Positions 39,720 through 53,746 are shown, counted from the stretch's first letter. The stretch: DNA of 64,000 nucleotides from Octopus sinensis (GCF_006345805.1 NC_043019.1:26907360-26971359), one strand, 5' to 3'. The notes: generated by a model from the sequence alone, not told the origin. Made by a program: numbers and translations.

Positions 39720-40590
39720 TCAATTTTATCTCCTGTATTCTAACACTTTCTCTAAATGCCAGAACTCTCCCCTCTTATAAATCTCAGTCACAGACTTCCA
39801 ACAGATGTCATTTCATCTCTCCAAAGTCCTGCCGTCCTTCATCCCGAATATCTCAGTTCTCTACTGTTTGCAGCACAAAACCTTTTCAGATTTGTACCAA
39901 TTATATTAACAACGCTAATTTTTTGAGATTGTATCGATGGACTCCCTTTGTTTAGAAAAGTAGAAAGGTTTCATAGTCTTTCAATACAGGTCACCAGTTG
40001 TCGAATGTTATTATTAACACAGAGACAGGCATAAAGAAAGCTTTTGAAAGGAATCAATGAAGAATATCTCTTAACATTACAGGAATTAAAAAGTTTATGA
40101 TAATTAAGGTCAGGAAGCTCCTGGCTATATTAACAACACCGTCTAGGTTAAAGGGAGGATTATACCAGATTGCTTTTCTTTTGAATATTCTCTTGGGGTT
40201 TGAGGACGCAGGTTGGGAGGGTTCTTATCACTAAAGCCACTTCCAGCTCGAGCCTTGTTATATTGCAGATAGGTTGAAGATACTTCTATGATATCTGAGA
40301 CTAGGTTTCTGATTACAGCTGGAGGGCGGTTGGAATGTTTATGAACGTAAAATTTCTAGGGGCAGTACTTGTTTGTCTCGAGATCTAGAGTTACATCTAA
40401 GAAGTTAATCTATGTTAAGTTGGCGGTGACCGTTAGATAAGCCAAATTCATTTAGGATGTTAATAAAGATCCTAAATTTATCTATGGCGTGACCGGTCAT
40501 ATGGCTTGAGATGGCCAGGCTATCGTCCTTGTGTTGGGTCGAACAGTGGGGGGTGCATTCATGGAGTCTAGAATAACATCTAGGTAGCTG
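39720..40590 (-). mobile_element. Penelope-like element RT C-terminal remnant
   Basis: Minus frames give DDSLAISS...NFLDVTLDL...HSN.PP...IWYNPPFNL; disrupted. Confidence 0.7.
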
Positions 40591-40605
40591 ACCTATATAA
40601 TATAT

Positions 40606-40660
<55 letters not shown>

Positions 40661-40916
40661 TGTGTGTGTATATATATATAATATATAATATATATATATA
40701 CTCTTTCACTTGTTTCAGTCATTTGACTGCAGCCATGCTGGAGCACCGCCTTTTTAGTCGAGGAAATCGACCCCAGGACTTATTCTTTGTAAGCCTAGTA
40801 CTTTTTCTATTGATCTCTTTTGCCGAACCGCTAAGTTACGGGGACGCAAACACACCAGCATCGGTTGTCAAGCGATGTTGTGTGTGTGTGTGTGTGGGGC
40901 ACACACAGACACACAA

Positions 40917-40955
<39 letters not shown>

Positions 40956-41118
40956 CGTATATACGACGGGCTTCTTTCAGTTTCCGTCTACCAAATCCAC
41001 TCACAAGGCTTTGGTCGGCCCGAGGCTATAGTAGAAGACATTTGCCCAAGGTGACACGCAGTGGGAATGAACCCGGAACCATGTGGTTGGTAAGCAAGCT
41101 ACTTACCACACAGCCACT

Positions 41119-41163
<45 letters not shown>

Positions 41164-41250
41164 GTGTGTGTGTGTGTTTACATACATATGTACATACATA
41201 CATACATATAGTATGTGTAAGCATATATGTGCTTATCTATGTATGTGTGT

Positions 41251-41291
<41 letters not shown>

Positions 41292-41581
41292 TACATACAT
41301 AGATATTCACATATATGCTTCCATATACGTACACAAACGCACCCATAATACATACATAAATACATACATACATAGAGTCCCCACTACACACACATGCATG
41401 CACTTATATATGTATTTACGCGCATACACGTAAATATTAACAGGGATGAAAACAGACGTTAAAAACAGACACACAGACAGACAGAGAGGCAAGCGTTAAT
41501 GATTTTTTTGTGTTTTTTTTTTGCCACATAAATCGAAAGGTAAAAGTAAAACAACGATTTCAGAATCTTGTTGAAACTAAT

Positions 41582-42044
41582 TTAAAGCAGATTGCAACCT
41601 TTTTGTGAATTTTCTGAAGAATTATCTGATTCATCATTGATATTTTGTGATAAGCCCGAAGACGTAGCTGGTATGTGCATAGTCTTTTGTGATTTGCGCA
41701 AAGGATGTCCCAATTTGTGTTCGATCCAATGTTTTCGGCGATTGTCACAGCAATGCGTCGTTCTCTCTTTGACTTTTAATTCCTTCATCCAAGAATCATC
41801 GTACACCGTGCCTTCATTCACAAGACAAAACAACATGGTGCGTTTGTTCTTTATTTCTTCAGCCAAATGAGTGAAAAGTGCTTCTTGGTCGCCGATTTTA
41901 ATGACGTAGGGCAAAAGAGAATCGATCTTGTAGAAAGCGCGGCGAATTAAGGTAATGGCAAGCCAGTGGCCTCCTCTTCCACCCCTGCTGCAGGTGTGAA
42001 TTACGAAACCTTTGATCTCCCTCATAGCCAAGCTTCTAATGTCT
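41582..42044 (-). CDS. Terminal exon of a second, divergent Josephin-domain paralogue (upstream exons not found in window)
   Basis: Phase-2 acceptor accatcag|A at the position homologous to exon 3 of the + gene. Encodes DIRSLAMREIKGFVIH...GGHWLAITLIRRAFYKIDS...IGDQEALFTHL...LFCLV...DDSW, then a tail ending SENSQKGCNLL*. Catalytic His and Asp are retained and the frame is open for 154 codons. Confidence 0.85.
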
Positions 42045-42171
42045 CTGATGGTAGTGGCGGTCACGGTAGGAAGTAAGAAGAAGAAGAATAAAAAAAAAAC
42101 AACAAAGTATACAAGTCACACTTGAGGTTTCAATCTTACAATAAGAAGTGTTTGGGGATTCGGGCCAAGAA

Positions 42172-42205
<34 letters not shown>

Positions 42206-42416
42206 ACGACCACACACAACAGACACACATACAGACACCACACACACAGACACACACCAGACACACCCACACGACACACACCAACATACACACACACACA
42301 CAGACCACATAACACAGATACAACACACAGATACACACAGACAACACACAGACACACACAGACACACACACACACAGACCACACACTCATACAAGCATAC
42401 ACATACACATACATTT

Positions 42417-42466
<50 letters not shown>

Positions 42467-42495
42467 CATGTATACATACATACATATATACATGC

Positions 42496-42553
<58 letters not shown>

Positions 42554-42801
42554 CGGTATATATATACATACATGCATATATATATATACACATATACATA
42601 TACACATACATAGTAATTAACATACATATATACACATGCATACATGCGTACATTTATTCGAATCTATCTATCTATCTATCTATCTATCTATATATGTGTA
42701 TGTATATATTGTATATATATGTGTATATATATATATGTTTGTATATATATGTATGTATATATAGTATGTATATATACGTATGTATAGATATATGTATATA
42801 T

Positions 42802-42853
<52 letters not shown>

Positions 42854-44539
42854 ATATATATATATGTATATACACATTAGCATATAGTAGTCGGTGATTT
42901 CAAACAACTGACGCCTTTTCCCACACCTCTCTGACTTGTCCGAAACCTATTCATTGAAGTGAGACAGACGGACTGAGTAGAAACGCAAGACAGATGGAGT
43001 GCATGTTTTGTTTTTTTTTTGGTTTTTTCTTTGATGAGGGACGGTAGCCCTTTTTTTCTGTTTCCCAGTTTAACACCCCGCCCATCTTGCCTTTGGGTAC
43101 CTTTTTCAGAACGCACTCTGTTGCAAGCATTCCAAATAAACCGGTAACCCGAGGGACCTCAAGTCTCATGCAATTTGACGCGTTGGTGTGTTGCTCTCCT
43201 TCTCATGTAGCAACTCACGTGATGTAGTTTCTTCTTCCCTTCAAAACCATCGAGGTTGCTGCTGTCTTTGATTGAACATTCAAAGACAGACGTCTGTTTG
43301 GTGAATTAGATCGGTGATGTGCCACGAGAAGATGCTAGGTGTGCCGCAGTGTTCCCCTAGTTATGTATTTATTTCACGTCTGCCGCTGAAGTTTGAAAAG
43401 AATACAAGTGTACCGCGACTGAAGAAAGGTTGTGGAGCATTGAATTAGATAAAAAAACAAAAACTAAATCTCTTTAAGACACTGTAAATGAATTTACTAA
43501 AACCGACAATAATTATTAATCACCAAGATTTTCATTTAAAAATATTTTTTATAAATTTATTTTATTTATCTCAGCATTTGCAGACACCACAAAATATAGC
43601 ACGTGCATTAAGCGGTGGACATATTTTTTCTCAAAGCATTGAATGTCAAGTTAGTTTGGTTGTAGTTAATATAAAAAATGATAAATAAACATAAAAAATA
43701 AATGACAAAAAAAACAAAACCCAAAAAACAACCTGGAATAATTTTGCAGCCAGGAGAAAATCAATATTAGTCAACGTTATTTGTATTTGTTGAACACTTA
43801 TCAGAGAAAACTGCCGGCGTGTTTCAGTTTTATTCTGATCTCATCAACGAAGTAGTCATCACTATGTTTGTCAAAGTAGAGATGAATCACCCAATAAATG
43901 TAGGAAATTGTAAAAGAGAACGATTAAACAAAAGGGCAAAAATAAGCAGAAAAAAATAACAAAAAACAAACAAAAACAATAGTGACAAAGTTAATGAATG
44001 TCGCTGAGAAGAGTACGAGAAATCGACGTTTCGGATACTTTTCTTTTGTCAGGTATACCGGTTGAAAAAAGACAAAATAATGTAAGAAGATTATAAAAAA
44101 TGCGTGTTATGATTCTCTATGTACGTACATACATACATACATACATACATACATACATGCAAATACATGCTCATATGATACATATATACATATGCATGCA
44201 TATATTATAGCATATATATATATATATACAATATATATATAGCATACATACATAGTATATATGCTATATATACGCATATATAGTATAGTATATGCATATC
44301 TAGTATATATAATATATATCTATATATACAACATGTATGCAATAATCGATATATATTATAATTTCATATCATGACATACATACATACATACATATATATA
44401 TAATATCTCACAGGGTATATATATGTAATATCAGTATATATATATATAATAATATATATATGATAATATATATATATATATATATATAATATATATAATA
44501 TATATTATATATTTGATATTTCTATATGATATATATATG

Positions 44540-44612
<73 letters not shown>

Positions 44613-44640
44613 GTATATATAGTATATATATGCATATATG

Positions 44641-45175
44641 CAGTTGGCCATAAAGTCACGCACCATCTGAAAATATGTGAAATTGCTAACATTCTCTGTT
44701 TTTTTTGTCTCTTTTCACAAGTGCCGATATTACTCCCAAACCAATCCTCATTGGATGGCGGCACATAATGAAAAAGGAGGGGGTCAAGGTAATGGTGTGG
44801 TGTGGGATTTGGCACGATCAAGTAATTGGACCATTTTATTTTCAGGGCTCTCTGACAGGTGATTCGTATCTGGACAAACTTGGCAACAAAATGATGCGTC
44901 ACGTGCATTTACTTGGAACGGGAAATCCTTCGATTCACTTTGCGGGGGGAAATCCTGAAGGACGGGGATCTGCCCCATTATACATTACAGGTTTGGGATT
45001 TTCTGAATGAACATTTTCCAGAGAGATGGCTCGGGTTCATCGGAATTTCAAATTCCGCATGAACACTTGTTTTAAGCTACATGGCCAACACTTTGAACAT
45101 TTTTTATGGATTACCATTCTTGTTTAGTAAAGCTACTTGATATCTCCCATGGTACGTGACTTTGTGGCCACCTTG
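44641..45175 (+). mobile_element. Internally deleted IS630-Tc1-mariner transposon
   Basis: TIRs cagttggccataaagtcacgcaccat / atggtacgtgactttgtggccaccttg; remnants KVMVWCGIW..VIGPFYF and DGDLPHY...FLNEHFPERW. Confidence 0.75.
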
Positions 45176-45249
45176 TGTGTATATATATATATATATATAT
45201 TATAATATATATATATATATTATATATATATAATGTATATAATGTATAT

Positions 45250-45692
45250 ATATGAAAAAACAAGTCAAATAGAAAATGTTAAAATAATTTTATAAAGAAC
45301 ATTTCAGTACCGGTTTCGGTCATTTTGAGACCTTTTCAACGTAACGATTAAATAATTAAATTTAGAAAAATTAGAAGAAAAGTTTTTTTAAAGGAATATT
45401 TGTATAGTGTTCAAATGTAAGTGGCATTCTGCCTTTTCTCTTCTCCCTTGTTTGCACTTGTGTGTTCGAGGTGTTGCACACAGTGCAAAAAGGGAGACAG
45501 AGAAAGGCAGAATGCCACTTACATTTGAACACTATACAAATATTCCTTTAAAAAAATTTTCTTCTAATTTTTCTAAATTTAATTATTTAATCGTTACAGT
45601 TGAAAAGGTCTCAAAATGACCGAAACCGGTACTGAAATGTTCTTTATAAAATTATTTTAGCATTTTCTATTTTGACTTGTTTTTTCATATAT
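45250..45692. repeat. Inverted repeat, ~190-bp arms
   Basis: 45250-45440 is the reverse complement of ~45500-45692; flanked by (TA)n. Confidence 0.85.
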
Positions 45693-46635
45693 ATCAACTC
45701 GTGTGTTCCTTTTCACCCTTATACATATGTATATATATATATATATACATGTATGTATATGTATATATATATATGTATGTATATGTATATATATGTATAT
45801 ATATATGTATATGTATGTATATGTATGTATATGTATATATATGGTATACTTATACAATTATTTGTATATATATCTATGTATATATATATGTATATATAAA
45901 TCTATCTCTCTCCTCTCCTCTCTCTATATCTCTATATATATAATATATAATATATATATATATTCGTACATACGTATATACATTCGTTCATTCACACACA
46001 CACTCGCGCAAACAAACACACACACACATACACACACACATACTCACATATATACGCTCCAACTTCTTTGAAACCCTATTTCTTTGCAAGACAAGCATTC
46101 ACTCTCCGGCCATTATATGAATGAATAGACACTATCACTTTTTGAAAGATTTATTTCTAGAAACAAAATTATGTCAATGGATGCATTTAAATTCTTAATC
46201 ATGACAAAGTTGTCCCAGGAGGAATTTGAACTCCAGATATAATATGTGATTGCAAATGCTGTTCCAGATATTCCCTTTCTCGATCAAGTGTGACCTTGTA
46301 TCTGCGCCTGTATGCGCAGGCTTGTGCAAGGATGAGTTATATAAGATCGTCAGTGGCTCGAGCGTACGGTTTTCCTATTCCTGGTTGGTCATCAACGATG
46401 TTGTCTAATGGAAGGGTGACGTTAATAAAGTGTAGCATCAATGTCATCGCAAGAGATGTGCTCAGAATGCGCAGAGTTAGAACGGGTAACGGTAAGGCAT
46501 CACATTCCACCGATAGTTCGGTGCTTTATTTTATCTTTTTATTCAACTCCAAACGGATGATTGCTAAAGTTCACCTAAGTAAAATTTATACACACACATA
46601 CACACGCAATATACATACATACATACATACATACA

Positions 46636-46669
<34 letters not shown>

Positions 46670-46973
46670 ATAACAATTTAATAAATAAAACATATGCATA
46701 CATATATACATATATGTACATACATACATCTATATGTATATAATACATGCATATATGAGTACAGGACCCACACATAAACGTAGAACACAACGAGAAACGA
46801 AACTACAAACCAAACAAGGAAACGGACTTTTTTTAACAACGAAAAAACAGAGTACAAGACAAACAATACAAGGAATATTCCCCTTCATCAGCTGCCCCTG
46901 TTTCGACTCAATGCGCGTTTCGAAGGTAAGGGCACCTTCGAAACACACACACACACACACACACCACACACAC

Positions 46974-47004
<31 letters not shown>

Positions 47005-47429
47005 GATACATACATTCATATATCATCGTTAGTCTTAACCCACGGCAACTGGGGGGAGAGTCACTGATGAGGAATCATCAAATTTGAAATCATAGACGAT
47101 ATGGCTCAGTCACGCTTGCGGTAGGAAGGTTGTCTCCCTTGTTAGTCATAAATAAAGTGCTTCCCGTAGCTGAGAGTTGTTCTGAAGACTTATTTCTAAC
47201 AATGTTGGTGCTGACTAGACCTTAGTGACGTCTACACACATGCAAACGCACAGATATGGTTACAATGGAGCAGGCCCTTTGGGGAATGGCTGACGGTTTG
47301 GTCTGAATCTTTGCAACAGAGTGAACTCGTTCCGTTAAAGGTACCGAATGGCTTGTCCGTTGAGCTAACTGGTTGGCACATTAGGGCTACCATTCAAGTT
47401 TCTATGTGCACATGTACTTAAATAAGGAT

Positions 47430-47650
47430 ACAAGGAGGTGCAGAAAAGTTCTTGGCTTTGGGTGAAAAAAAAGACAGGAAGATCAGTCAATTATGATTTT
47501 ATGCAATAGATTCCCCTCTCAGGTTCACTCACTTAATGCAGCGGTCCTCCAGTTTTTCTAAGCTCTGTAAAAGAACTTGGATGGTTGTTCCTCCAACCAG
47601 ACCTTTCGCACTACTCTTAAAGCCAGGAACCTTTTAGCACAGCCTCGGGC
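47430..47650 (-). mobile_element. Mariner 3' end remnant
   Basis: TIR-like caaggaggtgcagaaaagttcttggcttt plus minus-strand WLEEQPSKFF.. C-terminal transposase motif. Confidence 0.6.
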
Positions 47651-47696
47651 ATGTATGTATGTATGTATGCATGCACATCCCTTCCCTCTCTGTATA

Positions 47697-47796
47697 NNNN
47701 NNNNNNNNNNNNNNNNNNNNNNNNNNNNNNNNNNNNNNNNNNNNNNNNNNNNNNNNNNNNNNNNNNNNNNNNNNNNNNNNNNNNNNNNNNNNNNNN
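47697..47796. other. Assembly gap (100 N)
   Basis: Run of exactly 100 N; true size unknown. Confidence 1.
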
Positions 47797-48016
47797 TTGC
47801 AGGCGTGGAAGGTGTTTATAAGCCATTTAAGAACGCAACAAAGTTTAAATGTTCAAGTGAATCTAACGGTTTTTGTGTGTTTGTTAAATGGCTTATAAAC
47901 ACCTTCCACACTGCAATTGTTTTCGTTCCAGCACACGATCTCGAGATCAATCTTCACTCGCTATGGCAAGTACATCTCCGTAGTTATATACACACACACA
48001 CACACACAATATATAT

Positions 48017-48047
<31 letters not shown>

Positions 48048-48294
48048 CTATATATATATATATTATATAATATATATATATATATATATATATTTATACA
48101 CATATATATATATATATGTGTGTGTGTATATCTATATCTATATCTCTCTATCTCTCTCTATATATATATATAATATAAAGAAAATATTTTAGTGGGGGAA
48201 ACACACGCGGGATTTGAGCTCAGAACCTCAGAGACGGAAAAAATGCTTACCACCGTTTTGTCTGTCATGCAAACGGTTTTGGCATCTTATCATC

Positions 48295-48360
<66 letters not shown>

Positions 48361-49458
48361 GTAATAATAATAATCCTTTCTACATAAGGCACAAGGCCTG
48401 AAATCTGTGGGGAAGTGGACTATTCTGTTACATCGACCTCTGTGTCCTCCCCACCCCAAAATTTCAGGCCTTGTTCCTATAGTAGAAAGGATTAATTATA
48501 TCGGGAGGTCTTGTGAGTGGATTTGGTAGGTGGAAATTGATACAATTTGGTAGGTGGAATTGACCAGGTATATGTATGTGTGTGTGTGTGTGTGTATGTG
48601 TGTGTGTGTGTTTGTGTGTGTGTTCATGTGTGTGTTCATGTGTGTGTCCATGTGTTGTACACAACTGCTTGACAACCGGTGTTGGTTTGTTTTCGTTGCC
48701 GTAACTTAGCTGTTCGGCAAAGACACCGTCATGATAAAGTACCACGCTTTAGAAAACTAAATACAGGGATCGAGGTGGTGCCCCAGTATGGCCGCAGTTC
48801 AATGACTAAAACATGTCAAAAATAAAAAATAAAAGTATAAAAGAACAAAAAAAACAGGCAAAAATTATTTGGATGGGGTTGTATAATCGATATTATCTCG
48901 ACACCAATATATGACTGGTACTGACGTTACGGATACCTGAAGGTTCAACAGCAATTTATAGCTAGGGTCCTGTCGAACAGTCAGGGCGAAGAACTTTAAT
49001 GAAAGCAGGTTGCTTCCGAGGGGATGACTGTTTTAGAGACTGTGACATCGAGGCTATTTTACCAAAATCACAGCCCCTCCTCTCGGGGCAAAAGTATATG
49101 CGTGTCTGTGTATGAGTGTGAGTATGTGCGTATACATATATACATACATACATACATACATACATACATACATACATACATACATACATACATACATACA
49201 TACATACATACATACATACGTCCGCTTTCTTCCGGTCATTTCATCATGTTCAACCGTTAAACTCCACACAGTTTTTCTCTTCCTTTTTTTACTCTTCTGA
49301 TTCCTTTCTGTTGAAGAGCATAGGCTCGAAACATCAAAAGCTTTCCCTTTCTTCCCGAGCGTCAAACCAATAGCCCTGCTTGTTGTTCCCTCATCTGTCT
49401 TTGTCTTTTGTTCCCTGTACATTTGAACTGTACATACATACATACATACATACATACA

Positions 49459-49492
<34 letters not shown>

Positions 49493-50560
49493 AATATTAT
49501 AATGGAATAGTTTCTATGAAGCATTGTGTAGAGTGTAGGTAAGGCCAGAACAATGCGAAGTAAATGCCAGGCAGATCGCAAGAAAACAAATACATTAATT
49601 AATGTAGAAATACCTTGCATTTAATATTTCGGGGTTATGACAACCGGTGTTGGTTTGTGACACATATTCGGATACTCCACACACACGCACATCTGCAACA
49701 TTCGTTAATTTCTTGAAGATAGGGTCATAACGTCAAATTATTGAATGCAAGGTAAGTCTACATTAATTCATATATTTGTTTTCTTGTGATTTACCTGGCC
49801 TTTACTTCGCATCGTTCTGTTCTTACTCTCAACCCAAGATAACAAAAGAATGAAAGTGACCTCGATATTATGTAAATAGAGGAATTTATCTGTAATCGCT
49901 GTTGAAACAAATACGTATATTAAAAATATAAAAATGGCATAAATATTTTTAAAAAATGATATAGACGTATTTCCAACATGAGAGATCGAGTCAGATCGAT
50001 GATCTGATAGTTATCGACTGAGAAATAAGCTTTAAAATAATTCGACATCTGGTGTTTATTAAGGTAGTCGAATACGAGTGGGAATGGTAAGTCTGGATAA
50101 ATGGTAAATATGGCACTTGTCCATTGTTTACATCTTATCATGTATATAAATAAATATACAACAATACCTTGTCTATCGCTGGTGTTACGTTCCAAAAAAA
50201 AAAAATACCCCGCGATAGGTGAAAATCCGCGATATAGAAACAGTACTGTATATTTTTTATTATTATCTTTATATATTTAAGCTTTTATAAACTCTCTCCG
50301 CATTCTTAGGGATACCCGTGTCTTCTGTATTTTTTTTTTCGGGTGAGGAACAAAGCGATGGGCAGCTACTGGCGCTATCTTTTCTTCGGTGTAAGGAAGA
50401 AAGGCTTAGAAGGGCGACATCGTAGGGCTTGGTATAAATTCACAATTGTACACACAAATACAAAACAACATCATGCACTCGTCTTCCGAGTCGTTTTCCA
50501 TACAGTATATGCGATTCTTTGTTTACCAATCTACAGTACACTACGTATTTTCTGTTAATA

Positions 50561-51306
50561 TTGGGCCGTCCGGAAAGTTCGTGCCGATTTTTAAAAGAAA
50601 GAAAAAGGTCAATAAATACTTGCCATTAATTTTTTTTTTTCTTAGTGGATCGTGTCGTTCGCGAGAAGAGACTCAATAGATCGCAGTGTGGTAGCTGCTC
50701 TACTAAGCACGTCACTCCGAACGGCAAGTCGGGTCGTATGCAAGCGATCCCTTTCCTCTCGATCTCTTCGAACTTGTCGGGGTGGGACGAGCAGACGATG
50801 ACGGCGCGGACGCCGCCGCCGCCGCCGCGTCCCCAAATGGCAATTCCGCCGTCTCCATTTTTCCTTTAACTTGAAAATACCCACTTCCCTGAATTGAGGT
50901 GGTTTCATGGCAAAGAATTCATCAAGGTATCTTTTTACGTCATCCAAGGAATTGAAAATTTTTACCATTAAGCCTATTCTACAGAGACCTGAATAAGTGG
51001 AAATCCGAAGGAGCAATATCTGGTGAATATGGAGGGTGGGGTAACACATCCCAGCCGAGCTGCAGCAATTTTTGTCTGGTTCCCAAAGCTTCAAGTGCCG
51101 AAAATGAACTTTCTTATCTTCCATTTGAAAGGGTTACAAAATTAACACGGGTTATAGGAACATAAACCTTCTTGCACGAAAAGATAGCTTAAACTGTGCT
51201 CTAAATGGAGGTATAGTCAAATCCTATTTTATGGACTCAACCATATTCTAAAATATGTCGAAAGGTAAGCTGCTATAAATCGGCACGAACTTTCCGGACA
51301 ACCCAA
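50561..51306 (-). mobile_element. Deleted mariner element with 30-bp TIRs, TA duplication and a GC-rich insert
   Basis: TIRs ttggg(cc/tt)gtccggaaagttcgtgccgattt (28/30 identical), TA on both sides; MEDKKVHFRHL N-terminus and FNSLDDVKRYLDEFF..KP..F..GIFKL..KW C-terminus. Confidence 0.85.
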
Positions 51307-52719
51307 TATATTTTAATTAATGTTATACAGAGCAGTTCTGTACTCTATTTTTATAAATTAATTAATTAATTTTTAGGCATGAAAATAGTTATTGTACCAC
51401 AGAAATAATTAAAATCTAAAAAAATATAAATACCTATCGGCCGCAGAAACCCACGATATGCTGAGGAGTACGCGATATAAATTATATATATATATATATA
51501 TATATACACTTATACATATACACGTGCGTGTATGTATATATCTATACTCACACTCATACACATACATGTACATATATATGCGTCTATGTATATATATATA
51601 AATATATATATGTGTGCGTAAATGTGTTTGAATATATGTGTGTATGTATGTATATATATATATTGGCCTGCTCGCTTAGCCAGCGGGGTGGCGTCATTCG
51701 AAGGCTAAAACAATGCGAAGCATTGTGACCAGCGATGTGTAACTACATCTGATAAAATGGTCGGTCATGTGATGACGTGACGTGATATATATATATATAT
51801 ATATAGACATATATACACTAACACATGTATATATATGCCTGTATGTATTTATTTGTGTATGCGTATTACGTGTTTAGTTTTGGAACACTATGCGCACATA
51901 ATGTCGGCCATTTTGGTTGTGGTTAATATTCTTGTTTTATACCTCATTGCATTATAAAGAACATAAATATTCAAATATGAAAACTGACTGGTTAAATCCA
52001 AATCTTTCAACGAGGGATTACACATCCGCCATGTTTAAGTCTCTCCCTCTTCCATTTGCGAGCGTATGTATTGTGCAATGTCTGCCATGAAACAACAACA
52101 GCAACAAATACATTCGTTTTCCTCATCTTAAACATCCTGTTACCTATCTTTGTTGTTGTTGCTGCTACCTGTTGTTGTCATTGTGGGTGTTGTTGCTGCT
52201 ATTTATGTTGTTGTTGTTGTGCTCAACCAAATGGTATGCTGGTCTTTTGCATAATTTCATTACATCATATCTACATCAACTAAAACGCTGTTCTGTTTGT
52301 TGTTTAACCCCAGGTGGCTCTCCTGATCGAATAGACCTATAATCAAACGATTTCGAGCTGTTATTGCTGTTACTGCTGCTAGTGAAGGCGCGTGGCTTTG
52401 TGGTTAGGATATTCGGCTGACGATCGTAAGGTCGTGGCTTCGATTCCTAGCGGCGCGTTGTGTCCAAGAGCAAGGCTCTTTATTTCATGTTGCTCCAGTC
52501 CATTCAAATGACAAAACTGAGTTGTGCCTGTAATCCAAAGAATGGGGGTAGAGGTCAGCTTCATCGCATTCACTGTCACTCTGAATCTCCCCGAGAACCA
52601 CGTTAAGGGTACACGTGCCTGTGGAGTGCTCAACCACTTGCACATTAATTTCACGAGCAAGCTGTTCCGTTGATCAGATCAACTGGAATCCTCGTCGTCG
52701 TAATCGACGGAGACTCAGT

Positions 52720-52975
52720 TAGCTCCACATCTTGAATACTCCACTTTCGAGGTCTTTGTACTTTGACAATTTCCCCACTTCTTTTGGGACAACATTTTGG
52801 TCAGAAGTGACTCCAATGTCTATCACTAAGCAGGTGTTTTTGTATTTATTTTTTTCCAATCCTTGATTACTTTGTCTGGGCAATTAGCTTTTATTTCTTT
52901 GTCGGTTTGAAGAGGTATATGCCAGAGGATTGTGGCCTGGTCGTTGTCTTGTAGCTTGTTTTGCACGTGTTTAAA
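52720..52975 (-). mobile_element. RLE-type (R4/Dong-like) non-LTR retrotransposon endonuclease remnant
   Basis: TILW.IPLQTDKEIKANCPDKVIKD / CLVIDIGVTSDQNVVPKEVGKLSKYKDL matches the restriction-like endonuclease PD..(D/E)xK region. Confidence 0.7.
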
Positions 52976-53009
52976 CCAGTTGATATTATTATTATTATTA
53001 TTATTATTC

Positions 53010-53397
53010 TCTCTTTACTCTTTTACTTGTTTCAGTCATTTGACTGCGGCCATGCTGGAGCACCGCCTTTAGTCGAGCAACTCAACCCCGGGACTTATTC
53101 TTTGTAAGCTTAGTACTTATTCTATCGGTCTCTTTTGCCGAACCGCTAAGTGACGGGGACGTAAACACACCAGCATCGGTTGTCAAGCAATGCTAGGGGG
53201 ACAAACACACACACATACACATATATACATATATATACATATATACGACAGGCTTCTTTCAGTTTCCGTCTACCAAATCTACTCACAAGGCCTTGGTCGG
53301 CCCGGGGGCTATAGCAGAAGACACCTGCCCAAGATGCCACGCAGTGGGACTGAACCCGGAACCATGTGATTGGTTAGCAAGCTACTTACCACACAGC

Positions 53398-53400
<3 letters not shown>
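53010..53400 (-). mobile_element. SINE family A, full length
   Basis: Very similar to 4730-5115; further copies at ~25810-26210, 32320-33060, 37775-38160, 40700-41120, 53845-54120. Confidence 0.85.
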
Positions 53401-53484
<84 letters not shown>

Positions 53485-53746
53485 TAAATTCTGACTTCAT
53501 ATGACGAGCAAAATCTACGAGGTAAAAAAATTAACGAGATATTGGTTTAGTGAAATGGAATTTCACTTTGTGACGATTCAGAGCGTTTGATGTAACTGTT
53601 TAGTTTAATAATATAAAATATTATCCTACACTTGTTTTATTAACTCCCTTGAGATGCTTCGTAACGTTTTACTGGCAAACAATATGTCAGTAGCGACCTC
53701 GTCAACTTTTTTAAAGGCGACATATATATATATGTGTTGTGTGTGC

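Noticed and set aside
43219-43350. Candidate exon 2 of paralogue 2 (minus-strand GTGAGT donor at 43218, ...LNVQSKT...)
   Set aside because: No NYD or WF motifs in the required phase; other candidates near 46300, 50000, 54770 and 55500 also failed.
50642-51124. 160-aa minus ORF as a host gene
   Set aside because: A chimera of mariner N- and C-terminal remnants and the GC-rich insert.
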